This document shows, in pieces, positions 43,501 through 56,466 of a stretch of DNA of 64,000 nucleotides. This DNA comes from Callorhinchus milii (lineage: Eukaryota), in contig NW_024704749.1 in the NCBI RefSeq assembly GCF_018977255.1, positions 21,080,001 to 21,144,000 of the forward strand, read 5' to 3'. Each line of letters opens with the position of its first letter. The stretch's first letter is position 1. A model generated the notes under the pieces. The model did no database searches. It saw only the letters and a list, made by a program, of their open reading frames with translations, and was not told the DNA's origin. The position numbers were made by a program, and so were the translations under genes.

Positions 43501-46436
43501 CCAGGGATCGAACCCAGGTCCTCTCGCTCGCGAGGCGAGTGCTCTAACCACTGAGCGACAGGACTCCCGTGTGTTATGTCTCAATCAATACACTGTATCC
43601 CGAGATACTATTTCCTGAAAGAAATCTTAACGAATTTGCTTTTGAAAGACTCATTGAAAGAATCAGTTCATTGTCATGTCGTTGAGATCTCTCGCAGCGC
43701 TTCACAGAACGTATTGCAAATTGGAGTGACTGTGTGTTTGATGAGTGAAACGCAGGAGACCGATTGCGCACAGCAATGTCTCCGCAAACAGTCGAGTTTT
43801 TTTATTTTATTTTCTTCGGAGGGATTATTGCCCCCGGTAAAGCGATCCGCCAGTCGACTAACAACCGGGTTCCTACTTGCTGCTAGGTAAACAGAGTCGT
43901 GCGGAGTAAGGAAACCTTGCCTAAGGTTTCCCGCTGCCTGCCTGGTAATTGAACCCGGGTCCTCTCGGTTGCAGGGGCAAGAGCGCGCTAACCATTACGT
44001 TACGGGGACTGCTCCGAAAGTGCTGAGCTCTGGTCTGCGGCTCACTATTTTGCAGGACAACCCCAAGGTGACCTCTCTAGACAACCCCTGTTATCCCCGA
44101 GGGTATCGAGTGAACGTGACGATGGGGGGTATTTTCGGGAGCCCCTGCACGGAGCAGGGGAGGCCGGGGGGATCCAGCCCAGGTCACAGCCTCCTCTTCG
44201 TGGGCACGGGACAGCCTCACAGCTGCCAGGAGAACGTGCAGAGAATCTTTAACCTGACTTTCTGCTCCCACTCCCACTGCTCCTTCAACGGTGTTTACCA
44301 GCCAGACCTGACCGGCAACTTCCTCGTGAGTTTTACCAATTTTTAGGTTCTGTGGTCCGTTTGTTAGTTTAGATAGTTATTATTAATAATAATAATAATC
44401 CTTGTATTTGATACAACGCCTTATCACGTCGTGGAGATAACAATACAATACAAAATTATATTTGGACGTCGCCTTTCACATCAGGAGGACGTCCCAAGGC
44501 GCTGGACAGTCAGGGATTTGGACCCGAGATGGGGGTCAGGATTGGGGAGGGTGGAGGGCGGGGAGGATAGGAGGCTCGGTCAAAGAGGAGGGTTTTGAGA
44601 TGCGCCTTGAAGGAGGTGAAGGAGGGAGCGAAGGGAATGTGGGAAGGAGTTCCAAAATGTCTCAAAGAGCTTCACAGGATATACTGTAAAGTCGAGTCAC
44701 TGTGTATTTTGTGGGAGAAAAAGTGAGTTGGTTTGTTATCCACGGGTCTGTCAATGAGTCAGTGACGAGAGCGCATCAGTTGAAGCTCGATACCGAGCCA
44801 GGGAGAAACTGCGGCAGAAAGTTCCTTAAGTTTCGGGGCAAATTGCCCGTAGAAAGCACAGCCACCGATGATGGAGCTGAGAGGACGAGGGATGTGTAGA
44901 ATTAGATGAAAATGGATATAGTTTTGTGATTGTTAATTTAATCTTTTTCTTAATGGCACAGGTTTGTTTAAATTCCTTTTTCACATCGTTTCTCTCCCTC
45001 CAACCCCACTCCCCACTCCCCCTCTCCTCCCACAGGCATTTTCAGCCTTTTATTACACAATGAAATTCCTGAATCTCACGGATCCGAGTCAGAAATATTC
45101 CGCGGATCAGGTCAATGAAACAATATGGAAATTTTGCTCCTTGTCCTGGGAGGAGGTAAGTGATCAGTCAGTGTTTCTTAAGGCGGTGTTGGGGGTTGGA
45201 GGATGGCAGCCGAGTGTCTGACACACACGGAAACCCATCACTCTGCTTTTGTAACAGTGTCCAAACCAAACAGAGATTTCCATGCATCCCACCTGTTAGA
45301 AAATCGGGTCTCCGTTTGCAACCGGTTACCAGATTAAATGAATAAGGTTCAATCTCAATATACCGTACTGGTTGAATACATCAAGTGTGTTGTCTAAATC
45401 CAGAAATGCTTTATTACATAGCAATTATGAGTACACATATGGTGTATGAAAGGTATAAAATAGGAAACCACACAATAATATAAAAAGACTACACAACTAA
45501 AATTAACTATTCAGAGCAGAGCAATACTAATGGACTTTGTTAATTCAGGACTTTGTTGATTCAAACAAGTCTTTAGATCAGCACTTTGTTTCCAGCTTTA
45601 GGTCTTCTCTGCTCCACGCTTTCACCTTCCTGTGTTCTTCTTTGTCCTTCCTTTTCAAGTCAAGAAGTCCCAGCCATCTTGCTCTGGAGTTAACTAACTT
45701 TAACCCTATTACACTGTAACCTTTATACACCATTGTAGCCGATCAAGTTATACACCACATTGTCCAGTGTCACGTGCGCGCATGATCAGTGCAGGTTGGT
45801 TTTTTTTCATTCCCCACTGTCCGGTCTTAAAAGTCAGATAGGGGTAAGGGACCCACTCCTGATACAGTCACGTACTCAGGTTAATTAACCATCTGGCTTG
45901 GTGCCAGCCTGACTTGAGTCTCCATAAGGTCTTCCATTTGTCCTGTCTAAGATAGAAGAAGATGGATTGGTTTAGGGCTGTATCTGGTGCTCGTTAGTTT
46001 GTTATGTGGGATCATTAGTACATTCCTTTTAAGTGATTGGTTATTTCTTATCAGTATCCTGGGATGGTACCAAGGTACTGTAGTTTAAACAACTTGCTCA
46101 TTAGTTGCTATTGTTGAGCGTTGCTTTCTGTCGCTTGGCCCTGTCAGAATCTAGCGACTTATTGCTAAGTCAAGATCCTGTGTCGACCGGTACCTTGGAC
46201 CGTTACCTCTGTGGGCGTGTTGTCATTTACTGATAAGAGGTGACCCCCTGCCCTTTTCCAAAGCTGTCCTGTTATTCTTTCAAAAACAGAGAAAACCGGG
46301 TGTCCTATCCCATGACTGTCAGTCCTTTCTCCATTCTACATTTGTTTAATGTTCATTATTATTGGACTACAACTTCTATAATCTAACACACCTACACATG
46401 GAAATCCCAGAGATAGATTGTTGGAATGGAATGCGC

Positions 46437-46471
<35 letters not shown>

Positions 46472-48587
46472 GGAGGAACGCACCTTGCTTACCTAATTTC
46501 GGAAAGTATTAGGCGCAGGTTGGTAAGAGCCAAGGCTTGGGGGGGACCCCAGAGTGGTTATTGGGTGTAACTGCTGGAGTCTAACCAGTTAAAACCTCAT
46601 AGCTTGCCATTGATAGCACTATATCCATCCTGTGAAGCACTCTGAGCCATCCATCCTTTTGTCTTGCTTGAACTCCTTGCCTCAATCCCTCTGCAAGGAT
46701 TAATAATCATAGAATCTTACAGCACAGAGGGGGGCCATTCAGCCCATCGTGCCTGTGCTGGCTCTTTGGAAGAGGTACCCAATCAGTCCCACTCCCCAGC
46801 TATTTCCCCATATCTTTGTAATTTTTTCCTCCTCAAATACCTATCTAATTCCCTTTTTACTATGTTAAAATAATATTGCAATAAAAAACAGCCGAGTCGA
46901 TGTGCATCCGATCGCTATCACAAACCTAGAAGTTGCAGGTGGAAATCAGACGAGGAGAGAATGGGGCTCAGTTATTGGAGCTATTTCCTACTATAGCTGC
47001 ATCAAGCAATAGATTGCTGCTAAACCAGCCTTTACCCCCCTCGGTGTCTGAGACTCCTGTTAAGCAGGTGAGGAAAACAACAACAACAGCTTGCCTTTAT
47101 GTAGCGCTCTTCACGGAGGGTAGGGTCCCAGAACGCTTCACTTGGAGACAAGTGTGTGGAATGAATGACCGCCCACCAAGAAATACCCACCCAGTGTCCA
47201 TCCAGTCAATCAGGTCCCGGGTGGTGGATGATTCCTCCTCGCAGGAGATATGGGCATCCAGCTGACGGATTATTACTTTCTTTTTTATCCGTAGACTCGC
47301 ACCTTGGATCCCACTCAGCAAGAAGACACTCTAGCAAATTACTGCAGCGTTGCCAACTACATCTACACCCTACTAACTAAAGGCTACAAGTTTAACGAGA
47401 CGAGTTGGACCAACGTTGCCTTTCAGAAACAAGTCAGTGGGCTCTGAAACATCTGACCAGCGCTGTGGCTGACCTGGGAGTGCTCGATGGACAGTGTAGA
47501 GGGGTCTTTACTCTTGTCTGTAACCTGGCCTGGATAGGCAGTGTAGAGTGAGCTCTACTCTTATCTATTTACTCTCTCCCCTGTTCGAACGAAGCACAAT
47601 GCAAGGAACAACAGCACTTCATCTACCTTCTAGGCACTTTACAGCCCTCTGGCCTCAACGTTGATTTTAATAACTTCAGATCTAAACCGCAGCTCCCATC
47701 TTCTCTCAGTCTTGCCTCCCCACCTCTCCCTCTTCTATACCGTTCCACTCTACTCTCTCTAACCCGTGCTACAGCTAACCTAAGGGTGGGTACTAGATGG
47801 ACAGTTTGGAAGTCTTATCTAACCAAATGCTGAGGCTGCCCTGGAATTACTGAAGTGCCTAAGTACTGGGTACCTAAAGTGAACTCACATCTGTGCATAC
47901 ACCAAACTCACTTGGACAGGTGGAAAAGTTTATCCAGGGTGTCCTCAAGGTCCTGTTACCCTATTTTTCCCCCTCTATATTGCACTGACTAACAACCAAC
48001 AACTGAAACCATGCGGAAAAGGTTATACATGGTGTCCACAAAATCCTATAAGGTCCCATGTATTTTTTTACACACGGCGCACCGAGCATCAACTGAAACA
48101 TATGGGAAAATTATGCTGATTGTATTTAGAAGTACAGCACTTAATTGTATTCAGTATAGGAGGGTAACGACTTTGCGGACACCCAGTAGGTTGCAAGGGT
48201 TTATTTAATATTTGATATTAGCGCCTCATCATGTCTTCGAGACGTCGCAAAGAGCTTCGCAGACAATTGTAAAGTGAATTGACTGTATATTTTGTGGGTG
48301 AAATCAGACCGATGTGAGCTTCACTGTAATATGTTAAACGGGCAGATGTTTTTTTTCAGTGCATTGACAAGTGCTTCTATGTGTTACAGGCGGGAGAGAC
48401 GCAGCTGGGCTGGGCTCTCGGATACATGCTGAACCTGACTAACACGATGCCAGCAGAGATCTCCAGCTCCTCATTCTCCCTCCAGATAGCCATTATTAGC
48501 ATTCTCAGCACCATTGCGATTCTCAGCTTTGTGGCTTGTCTGTGCATCCAGTTACAGATAAGGGACAATGGCTACATGCCCTTGTAA
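40347..48587 (+). CDS. ENTPD8: Second cell-surface NTPDase (ENTPD8-like), 9 exons, 496 aa
   Basis: Exons 40347-40451, 41167-41284, 41763-41913, 42363-42522, 42998-43228, 44056-44325, 45036-45155, 47295-47432, 48390-48587 (sum 1491 nt, in frame). ACRs [68 protein letters not shown] resemble NTPDase8 more than NTPDase2. Family assignment is clear, exact orthology is not. Confidence 0.75.
42545..42850 (+). repeat. CA-rich low-complexity repeat in intron 4 of the second NTPDase
   Basis: gcacaaccacgcacaa / cacaatcacacacaac variants. Confidence 0.9.
43232..43567 (-). mobile_element. tRNA-derived SINE, antisense, tail 4 nt from a splice donor; second copy at 43660-44010
   Basis: AAG|gtg(ata)n..cttgcatttg...gagtgctctaaccactgagcgacaggactcc. 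Confidence 0.85.
45294..46388 (-). mobile_element. Solo LTR (~1.1 kb) inserted into a family-B repeat
   Basis: TGTTAGA...TCTAACA termini, CACC duplicated at 45290-45293 and 46389-46392, minus-strand TATAAA (45727-45722) and AATAAA (45415-45410); the host repeat is contiguous at ~23615. Confidence 0.85.
47585..47720 (+). mobile_element. Penelope-like element C-terminal fragment
   Basis: Translates [23 protein letters not shown], resembling the GIY-YIG-end motif of vertebrate Penelope-like elements. Confidence 0.55.
47935..48186 (-). mobile_element. Non-autonomous Tc1/mariner element (third copy)
   Basis: cagggtgtcctcaaggtcctgttacc ... ggtaacgactttgcggacacccag-TA. Confidence 0.6.
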
Positions 48588-50288
48588 TCTATTCATCAAT
48601 CAAACGCCCATGGTTGGAGATCGTGACCTACCTTAAAACAAAAGATTTGATATTTATTGATCTGCCTCTCCCACAGTCCCTTTGCCTTGCTCCTTCCCTT
48701 GACTCATTCAACGCACATCTCAAGACACTTCACTTCGACCGTGCCTTCGGTCACCCTCCTACCCTTAGCCTCCCTGCCCTCCACCCCACCTGATCGCAAC
48801 CCCCAGCTCGGGTCCAAATCCCTAACTGTCCAATGCCTTGGGATATCCTCCCAACGTGAAAGGTGCTGTGTGAATGTAATTTGTTGTTGTTGTCTCACAG
48901 AAAGATGGGCGTTCATTGTACACATTATTTGAGGGAATGGCAGCAGGAAATCGGTGTATTATCTTCAAAACTGGGCTGAGTTGGACTTCTGCCTCTGACG
49001 TGGACAAGCAAGTTCCCCTCCTCTGTTAAATGATCTGGAACTTTGCCCTCAGGGTGGGTCCTGCGGTGTGAACAAGGTCGCTTTCAGACTTTACTGTCCA
49101 TTCCAGCCACCAGGATTTGACACAGGCTCTTCACTTGGACAGATTTATTCGTTGTTTACTCGAAACGGATGTCTCCTACCTCTGGTATTTCCATGTGTTG
49201 CTGGGACGCGTGGCACTCTCAGTTGGGTTTGGATACTCTTAAGCACAGTGATGGGTTTCCGTATGGGTCAGACACCCGGCTAAACCAAAATAATGGACGT
49301 CCCTGCATCTATGTGGGACCAGCTCAGGAGTGAGATACTTCACTGGCACCGGGCAAGGCTTCTGTCAACACCCTCTTTAACAGTTAGGCTCATCCCAAAA
49401 TACGTCGCCTCTCCGCTGCAGTTCTCCATCACTTCCAACCTGGACAGGACTCCAGTCCTGTAGCTCGGTGGTGAGAGCACTGGCCTCGCAAGCGAGAGAC
49501 ATGGGTTTGTTTCCCGGTCAGGGCGAAACCTTGGGCTAGTTTCCTTACTCCACACGTCTGATGATAATCCCTCAAGAAAAAAAAACAATAATAAGTCGGT
49601 CACTTCAATCCACAACTGTTTGTGGGACGCTGCTGTGCGAAACTGGCTGCCGCGTTTCGCCCACAAAACATACAGTCAATTCACTTTACAGTATATCCTG
49701 TGAAGCGCCTTGAGACGTCTAGGAGACGTGATAAGGCGCTGTATGAAACGTAAGGATTACTATATATTATATTATCAACAGGTAACAACCAACCACAACC
49801 ACCACTTGCATTGATAGAGTGCCCCTCGCGCAGGGTGGCATCCCGGAGTGCAACCAAGCTTACCAACTTAATTAATTAATCCATGAATCGATCGTGAATG
49901 AATTTATTAATCAGGCTTAAGTAACCAGCCGAGGAGGAGCAAGCACGGCTTGGGTCACAATTCCGAGCGCGCAATGCCACCCAATCTATTGTAAAAAAAG
50001 AAGCAAATACTTACAATAAAAAAAAATCACAACCAGGTACACTTATCGTAGCCGCTTCCCTCTTTTTATCCATTCACCCCAGGGGCACGAGGTTGTTTTA
50101 ATTCGCCGCGTGTCACCCTTGTAAGTTGATAATAATTCATTTATTTTCAAAGTGCATTGAGTTTTTAAAGAACGTTGCGACGAACTGAATCGCGAAGTAA
50201 TATCAACGAGACGCTGTGCATTAACATCGCGTTTTAACATATTAATATTAGTAATAATTATCATTCGTTTAAATATATGTATATTATC

Positions 50289-50610
50289 GTGGAGTCCTGG
50301 AGCTCAGTGGTTAGAGCACTCGCTTTGCAAGTGAGAGACCTGAGTTCAATTCCAGGCAGAGGGCCAAACCTTGGGCAAGTTTCCTTACTACACACAGAGC
50401 CTAATAATAATCCCTCCAAAACAATAATAAATTGGTCATTTTCAATCCCCGACTGTTTGTGGGACATTGCTGTGCGCAATTGGCCGCCGCGTTCGCCCAC
50501 AAATATACAGTCACTTCGCTTTACAGTGTGTTCCGTGAAGCGCTTTGGGACGTCCTCCCGACGTGAAAAGCGCTATATCAAATGCAAGGATTATTATTAT
50601 TATTATTTAT
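50289..50610 (+). mobile_element. Young tRNA(Ala)-derived SINE immediately upstream of the PPIL3 CpG island
   Basis: Matches the 12122-12450 consensus; a related copy lies at 49450-49775. Confidence 0.9.
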
Positions 50611-50896
50611 TGTTAAGGCTTTGGTGGGAGCACTTTTCCCCCCACACACACACACACACACACGCGCGCGCGGCTGTGTCGGCTGCTCCCTCCCTGTGTG
50701 GTGCTGTACCGAGGCTGACCGCGGGGTGTCGCTGCTGCACCGCATCGCGAAGCCAGTGACGCGCGGGGGACGGGGGACGGGGGGGACCCTTTATAGTGTT
50801 GCGCCGCGACCCGGAACCCGCGTCCGACACCAGGAGCCGCGGGACCGGAAACGGCGACGGACTGTGGGAGAGAGAGCGAGAGAGAGAGAGAGAGCG

Positions 50897-53867
50897 ATGG
50901 TGAGGAACACACAGAAAAGATACCAATAATAATAATAATAACAACAACAGTAATAATGATGGTTTATCCACTCAACCCCCGCGCCTGTGAGTGGGGTCTC
51001 TGGGGTGGGGGGGGGGCTGCACGAAACGCACAGTCACTACACTGCACGGTGTGTCCTGTGAAGCGCTTTGGGACGTCCGGAAGGTGCGCTGAAGGCGCCG
51101 GGTCCCACCGCGAGGACCGTTACTGTTAACTACTGTTAAAAACCATCGCCGCTTATTGTCGCCGTCGCCATCGCGGCCCTCTCACTGCTCTCCCGGTTGT
51201 CGTTTGTCCTTCCGCCCGTTGTTTGTGCCGCGTTTCAGGCGCTGACCATCCGCACGGACCTGGGGGACATGAAGCTGGAGCTGCTGTGCGAACGGGCCCC
51301 GCGGGCCTGCGAGGTGGGCGAGGGGAGACCGCCACGGCCGCCCTGTTCACGCCGTTCGTGTCGGGAGGACGTCCCACAGAGCGCTGCGGGACGGTCAAGG
51401 GGTTCGGGACCCCAACTCGGGGGGGTTTGTGGGGGGGAGGGGTTTGGGAGTCGAGAGGGGTGGGAGATGACTGAAGGCAACGGTTAAAAGAGGAAGGGTC
51501 TTGAGACGTGCCTTGAAGGAGGCAAAGGAAGGGGAGGGGGAAGGGGGGCGGGTACTGGGGGGGAAAGGACAGAGGGGTGGCGTTCCAGAGGGTGGGGGCA
51601 GAGAGGCTTAAGGCCCGACTGACAATGGTGGGCAGGACGGGGGCCGTGGAGCAGATGGGTTGGTAATGTTTTAGAAGGTCACAGGTACGCAGTAAGTTAC
51701 TGTTTAGCCAGTCGTTGGCCCTGGAAGGGAAGGTGAAGTTGGGCTGTTCTCATACTCGGGATGNNNNNNNNNNNNNNNNNNNNNNNNNNNNNNNNNNNNN
51801 NNNNNNNNNNNNNNNNNNNNNNNNNNNNNNNNNNNNNNNNNNNNNNNNNNNNNNNNNNNNNNNNNNNNNNNNNNNNNNNNNNNNNNNNNNNNNNNNNNNT
51901 CCTGGCTGCAGAATTTCCTTGCGTTGTGTGCAAGCGATTACTACAACGGTTGTCTCTTCCACCGCAACATCAAAGGATTCATGGTACAGACCGGAGACCC
52001 CACAGGTAAGACTATGGCCGATCTCGCCACAGGGCACGGAATCTCTGACCTTCTTATCTTTCTTCAGCAACTGTTTATTTTTACTTGGGTCCATCCCTTA
52101 CAGTGACTCAATCCCGATTAACAATAGAAAAGCGAAAAAGATGTTGTGTTATTTGTCGTTAATGGTTAAAACGGTCGAAAATCTGTGACTCTTAAAATTT
52201 TAGAGTCTTAGAAATAGCTCCGAGTACAGAAGTGGGCTTGGTTGGCTGACAAACTTCGACTGTCAGATACGCTGCCCGTTGGGTTCGCTCGCAAAGTAAA
52301 TCTTCTGAGCGCTACCAACTGAGCCGGGCTGATACAGGCTGACAACTGACAGAAGGAAACTCACCCGCAATTGCTCTGTTTGGGCAGGAACAGGCAAGGG
52401 TGGAGCCAGCATCTGGGGCGCAAGGTTTGAAGATGAATTCAGCGAACACCTCAAGGTGAGTAACCTCTTTCAGACGTGATTCACACAGACTGGACTGGCA
52501 GCCATCGAGGATGTTTTCACAGTGAGTTGCCGCCTGGAGACTTTACTCTCGTTACTTGTTAACTTCAAAGCAATCAGGTCACAGTTGTTGTCACTCTTGG
52601 ATGGGTTTAGTGCTGGGTTGGGGTTAGGCAGGAGGTGTTGGTTATCTTTTGAGTGTGGTTATGCTGGGCTGGAGAAAAGACTAACCTGGGGTTAGGTTGG
52701 ATGAGGCCGCAGAGACTTTCAGGACTCGTCACTCATTTGCTTTTGAAGCCCAGTTAAGAGTTGGGTTGGGTTAACACACAAGAGATCCTGTCACTCAGCT
52801 TTGGTCCCGACCCCCGTTTATTTCTTGCTCTGCTTGGTCTCCTCTTCGACTGCGCCTTTGGTTGCCCTCCTCCCTGCCCTCCTTGATCCCAACCCCCTTT
52901 GCTCAGGTCCGAATCCCTGATGCTGTGTAAATGTTGTTTTGTATTGTATTGTTTCAGCACAATGTCCGAGGGGTCGTCTCGATGGCCAACAACGGCCCAA
53001 ACACCAACGGGTCCCAGTTCTTCTTCACGTATGGCAAACAGCCGCACCTGGACATGAAATACACCCTCTTTGGAAAGTACGTTCTCGCTTAATACATGGT
53101 CGTTAGTGAAGAATTGTCTGCCTCCCATCACAATGTAATGGTGATCTCCATTCCCACCTATTGGAGTCCAGAATGCTCAGACTACGTGCACTGCTCTGCT
53201 CTCACCACCAGGCAGAACTCCCAGAGTCCAGTGTCATTGTGAAGGGGGGGGGGGATCCTCCCACAAGTGACATGGTGAGGGAGTGAAGCTCCCTCGACAC
53301 CGTTCATCCAGTACCTCCACTTATAGCATACAGAATAAAGCTTCCTCTATACGATCGACCTAGTACTCCCAGGTCACCTACGGCATGGGTTACATACAGA
53401 GTAAAGCTCCCTCTACACAATCCATCCAGCACTTGCAGGTCAGGGTTCAAGACACAGTAAAGTTCCCTCTATCCTGTCCGTCCACACCCACAGTTCAGGA
53501 TAGAGACACGGTAAAGCTCCCTCTACACTGTCCATCTACCCTCCTAGGTCAGGGTTAGAGACACAGTAAAGCTCCCTCTGCATCCACACTCCCAAGTCAA
53601 TGACAGCACAAGTGTATATACAGAGTAAAGCTCCCTCTACACTGTTAGTCTCTCATTCCCAGATCAGCTACAGTGTGGGTTAGATGCACCGTGACACGTA
53701 AATTGATTGGCTTGTCACGTTTCTCTTTGTTGGTCCAAAGGGTGATCGATGGGCTGGACACACTGGACGAGTTGGAGAAACTGCCGGTCAATGAGAAGAC
53801 CTTCCGCCCATTGACTGAAGTACGAATCAAGGATGTCGTTATCCACGCAAACCCTTTCGCTTTGTGA
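50897..53867 (+). CDS. PPIL3: Peptidyl-prolyl cis-trans isomerase-like 3 (cyclophilin J), 6 coding exons, 161 aa
   Basis: Exons 50897-50899 (ATG only), 51239-51313, 51912-52005, 52388-52455, 52958-53076, 53741-53867 (486 nt). [103 protein letters not shown]. Confidence 0.95.
53215..53690 (+). repeat. Degenerate ~60-bp tandem satellite-like repeat
   Basis: Repeated cagagtaaagctccctctacac...ctcccaggtca; inverted relatives at ~47465-47860. Confidence 0.8.
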
Positions 53868-56466
53868 TGGGGACAGGAGCAGCTGTGTGACGAGTGACGA
53901 ATTGGCCTGTGCTGAACTCACCCTCCCTGATACACCAACTTATGTAACTCTTACCTTGTGTCAATTTGGAAGGCGGGGAACGACCAATTTGCACTGTCCT
54001 GTTTACTCTTGTAAAAGTGCCGACCTGTGCTCAGCCTCGCCACCGACATTAACACAGCTCCTTTCCAACACGCTTCCTTCCCCCACCCCCCCACCAAACA
54101 CACCACACACAGACAGACTTCCTCCCCAGGTCACTCTGTTACTTGGTGGTCTGGCCATTATCACAGTGGCTCAGAAAGAAATCCGCACGTCAAGTGGTAG
54201 TCGAGATGCAGAGGAAGTGAAAAGGCAGATGTACTTTCGGATGAATCGTGAGCTGGATAACAAGTGTGTGGTGTGAATGTGTCTATGTGCCTTTGACTGA
54301 AGCTGAAGCCATTCCTGTATCAGCTTCTCTGTGAGCTTTGCTGATGGGGCAGATTAGAGTATCGTTTCCACTGAACCAGACCTCACTGTATCAAGTAAGT
54401 GAATGAATTATTTATGCCATAAATTTGTTGTTGAATTGAAAGCAGTTGACTGACTGCTGCTGCTTTTCAGTTGCACACACATCCACACACATACACCCAG
54501 ACACACACACCCACAGACACTGTGGTTTGGGCACAATGTGAATGGGAACAATTGTTTCCATTATTGTTTCTGTGCCTCAAATTCTTTTGAGATCCTCATC
54601 AAACGGGAGGGAAAATTGTCTGCCACACACACAGGCGTTGTTGAAGAACAAGTTCACCCAGTTTAAAGGGTAATGAGAGGACTGAAGAAGTAACAGTAAA
54701 GGGAGAGGGGAGCAATAAGAGCATAGGAATAGATCAGGTAGATTGTATGGAGGTTAGCTCCTTCAAAGAGCCAGCACAGACACGATGGGCCGAATGGCCT
54801 CCTCCTATGCTGTAAGAAGGCCATTTGGCTATGTGATGAGTCTGATGGTCTGATGGGACTTTTATCTTCAGACTTGTTTGATCCTACCACTCATTTTCAA
54901 ATCCCTTCATGCCCTCGCGCCTCCCTACCTACTTATCTCCACTCCACCACCCACCGCCCATGCTCGGCTGGCTCCGGCCCCGTATTTGCCCCTCGTCCCC
55001 TCCTTTCAACCATCGGTGGCCGTGCCTTCGGCCACGACCCCCCGAAATTCTGGAACTCTCCCTCGATCCTTCCACCTTGCCCCCTTCCTCTCAACCTTCA
55101 AGTCCGCCTAAAGACCTTTTTGATCGTGTTTATGGTCACCTCCCTCCCACCCCCTCTCCCTCAGAGTCAGACTCCACCCCCCCCCCTCCACCCATGAAGG
55201 GCGCTATATAAATGCAAGTTATTGATGTTGTTTCTATGATTCTATTTCACATGTGGCCAGTCAGTGTCGTGTGGTTTGTACAGGTGAAACTGCGTACAAT
55301 AATGGCTCCGATTTCCAAAACAAATAAAGCCTTTTTTTTTGCCCGGAATATAATTTGATCAACAGTTCAAAGATACAGTACAGATTCCAAAAATATAAGC
55401 TTCGGATTGTTAAATACCGTCGTTTTCATTTCATTTGCAATTTTAAAACAATAAAGGATTTTGAGATATCTGGATTATAAAAAGCTGCCCCTGTTTGAAG
55501 ACACGCAGACAGACATATTTTGCTGTTCAGGAAATCCCAGCCTGAAACAGCACAGTGCTTTGTTTCATCGCTTCAAGCTCAATGTGATTAGCGCTAGTAC
55601 AAAATAGTTACTTTTTACAATATTAAAGTGGCTTCACTGAAAGGGCATTTGGTATAGACAGCTGTTTCTATACCGTTTTGCAGCTTCAAAAAGATCGCCT
55701 AACAAGCGAAAGGACCTGGGTTCGATTCCCGGGCAATTCGAAACCTTAGGCAAGTTTCCTTACTCCACATGCCTCTGTTTACCTAGCAGTCAAAAAGAAC
55801 CCGGTTGCCTTGGTGGATCGGGTATTTTCTGTGAAGCGAGTTGACATGTCTCGACGACGTGATAAAGCGTTGTAAATCAAATGCAAGGATTATCATTATT
55901 TCCATCCATTTATGCAGTCATCAAATGCTTGGGATAATAATAATAAACTTTATATTTGATACAGCGCCTTATCACATTGTTGAGACGTCTCAAAGCGCTT
56001 CACGGAATATACGGTAAAGCGGATTGACTGTACTCTGTGGGCGAAACTGAGCTCTCCCTGCAGTCAGTCTCTACTGACTGGACCCATGCAACAAAGGCAA
56101 TAAGTGGTAGTGCTGTTGTTACTGTGTTAATCAGTCAATGCTCCGTGCCAGTCTGCTGTCACTTCCTTTATGTGGTACTTACTCCATTTGTTGTTCTCTC
56201 TCTGTCTCTCTCTCCCCCCCCTCTCTCTCAGGCTGGTGAAAATTGCACTTTAGGGGAAAAAAATTATCGTTTGTATATAAAAAGATTTTCTTTTCACCCA
56301 CAAAACACAGTCACTCCACTTTAGGTATATCCTGTGAAGCGCTTTGAGATGTCTCGACGACATACTAAGACGCTGTATCAAATGAAAGGATTATTGTCCT
56401 TATTAGGATTATAGAAACACCACCCTGCAGACTCCTCTGACGTGCGACCGACAATACTTTGCATTG

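Noticed and set aside
53077-53740. Possible U12-type intron in PPIL3 (AA|gtacgt ... aag)
   Set aside because: Donor lacks the GTATCCTT U12 consensus; no minor-class intron was found in the window.
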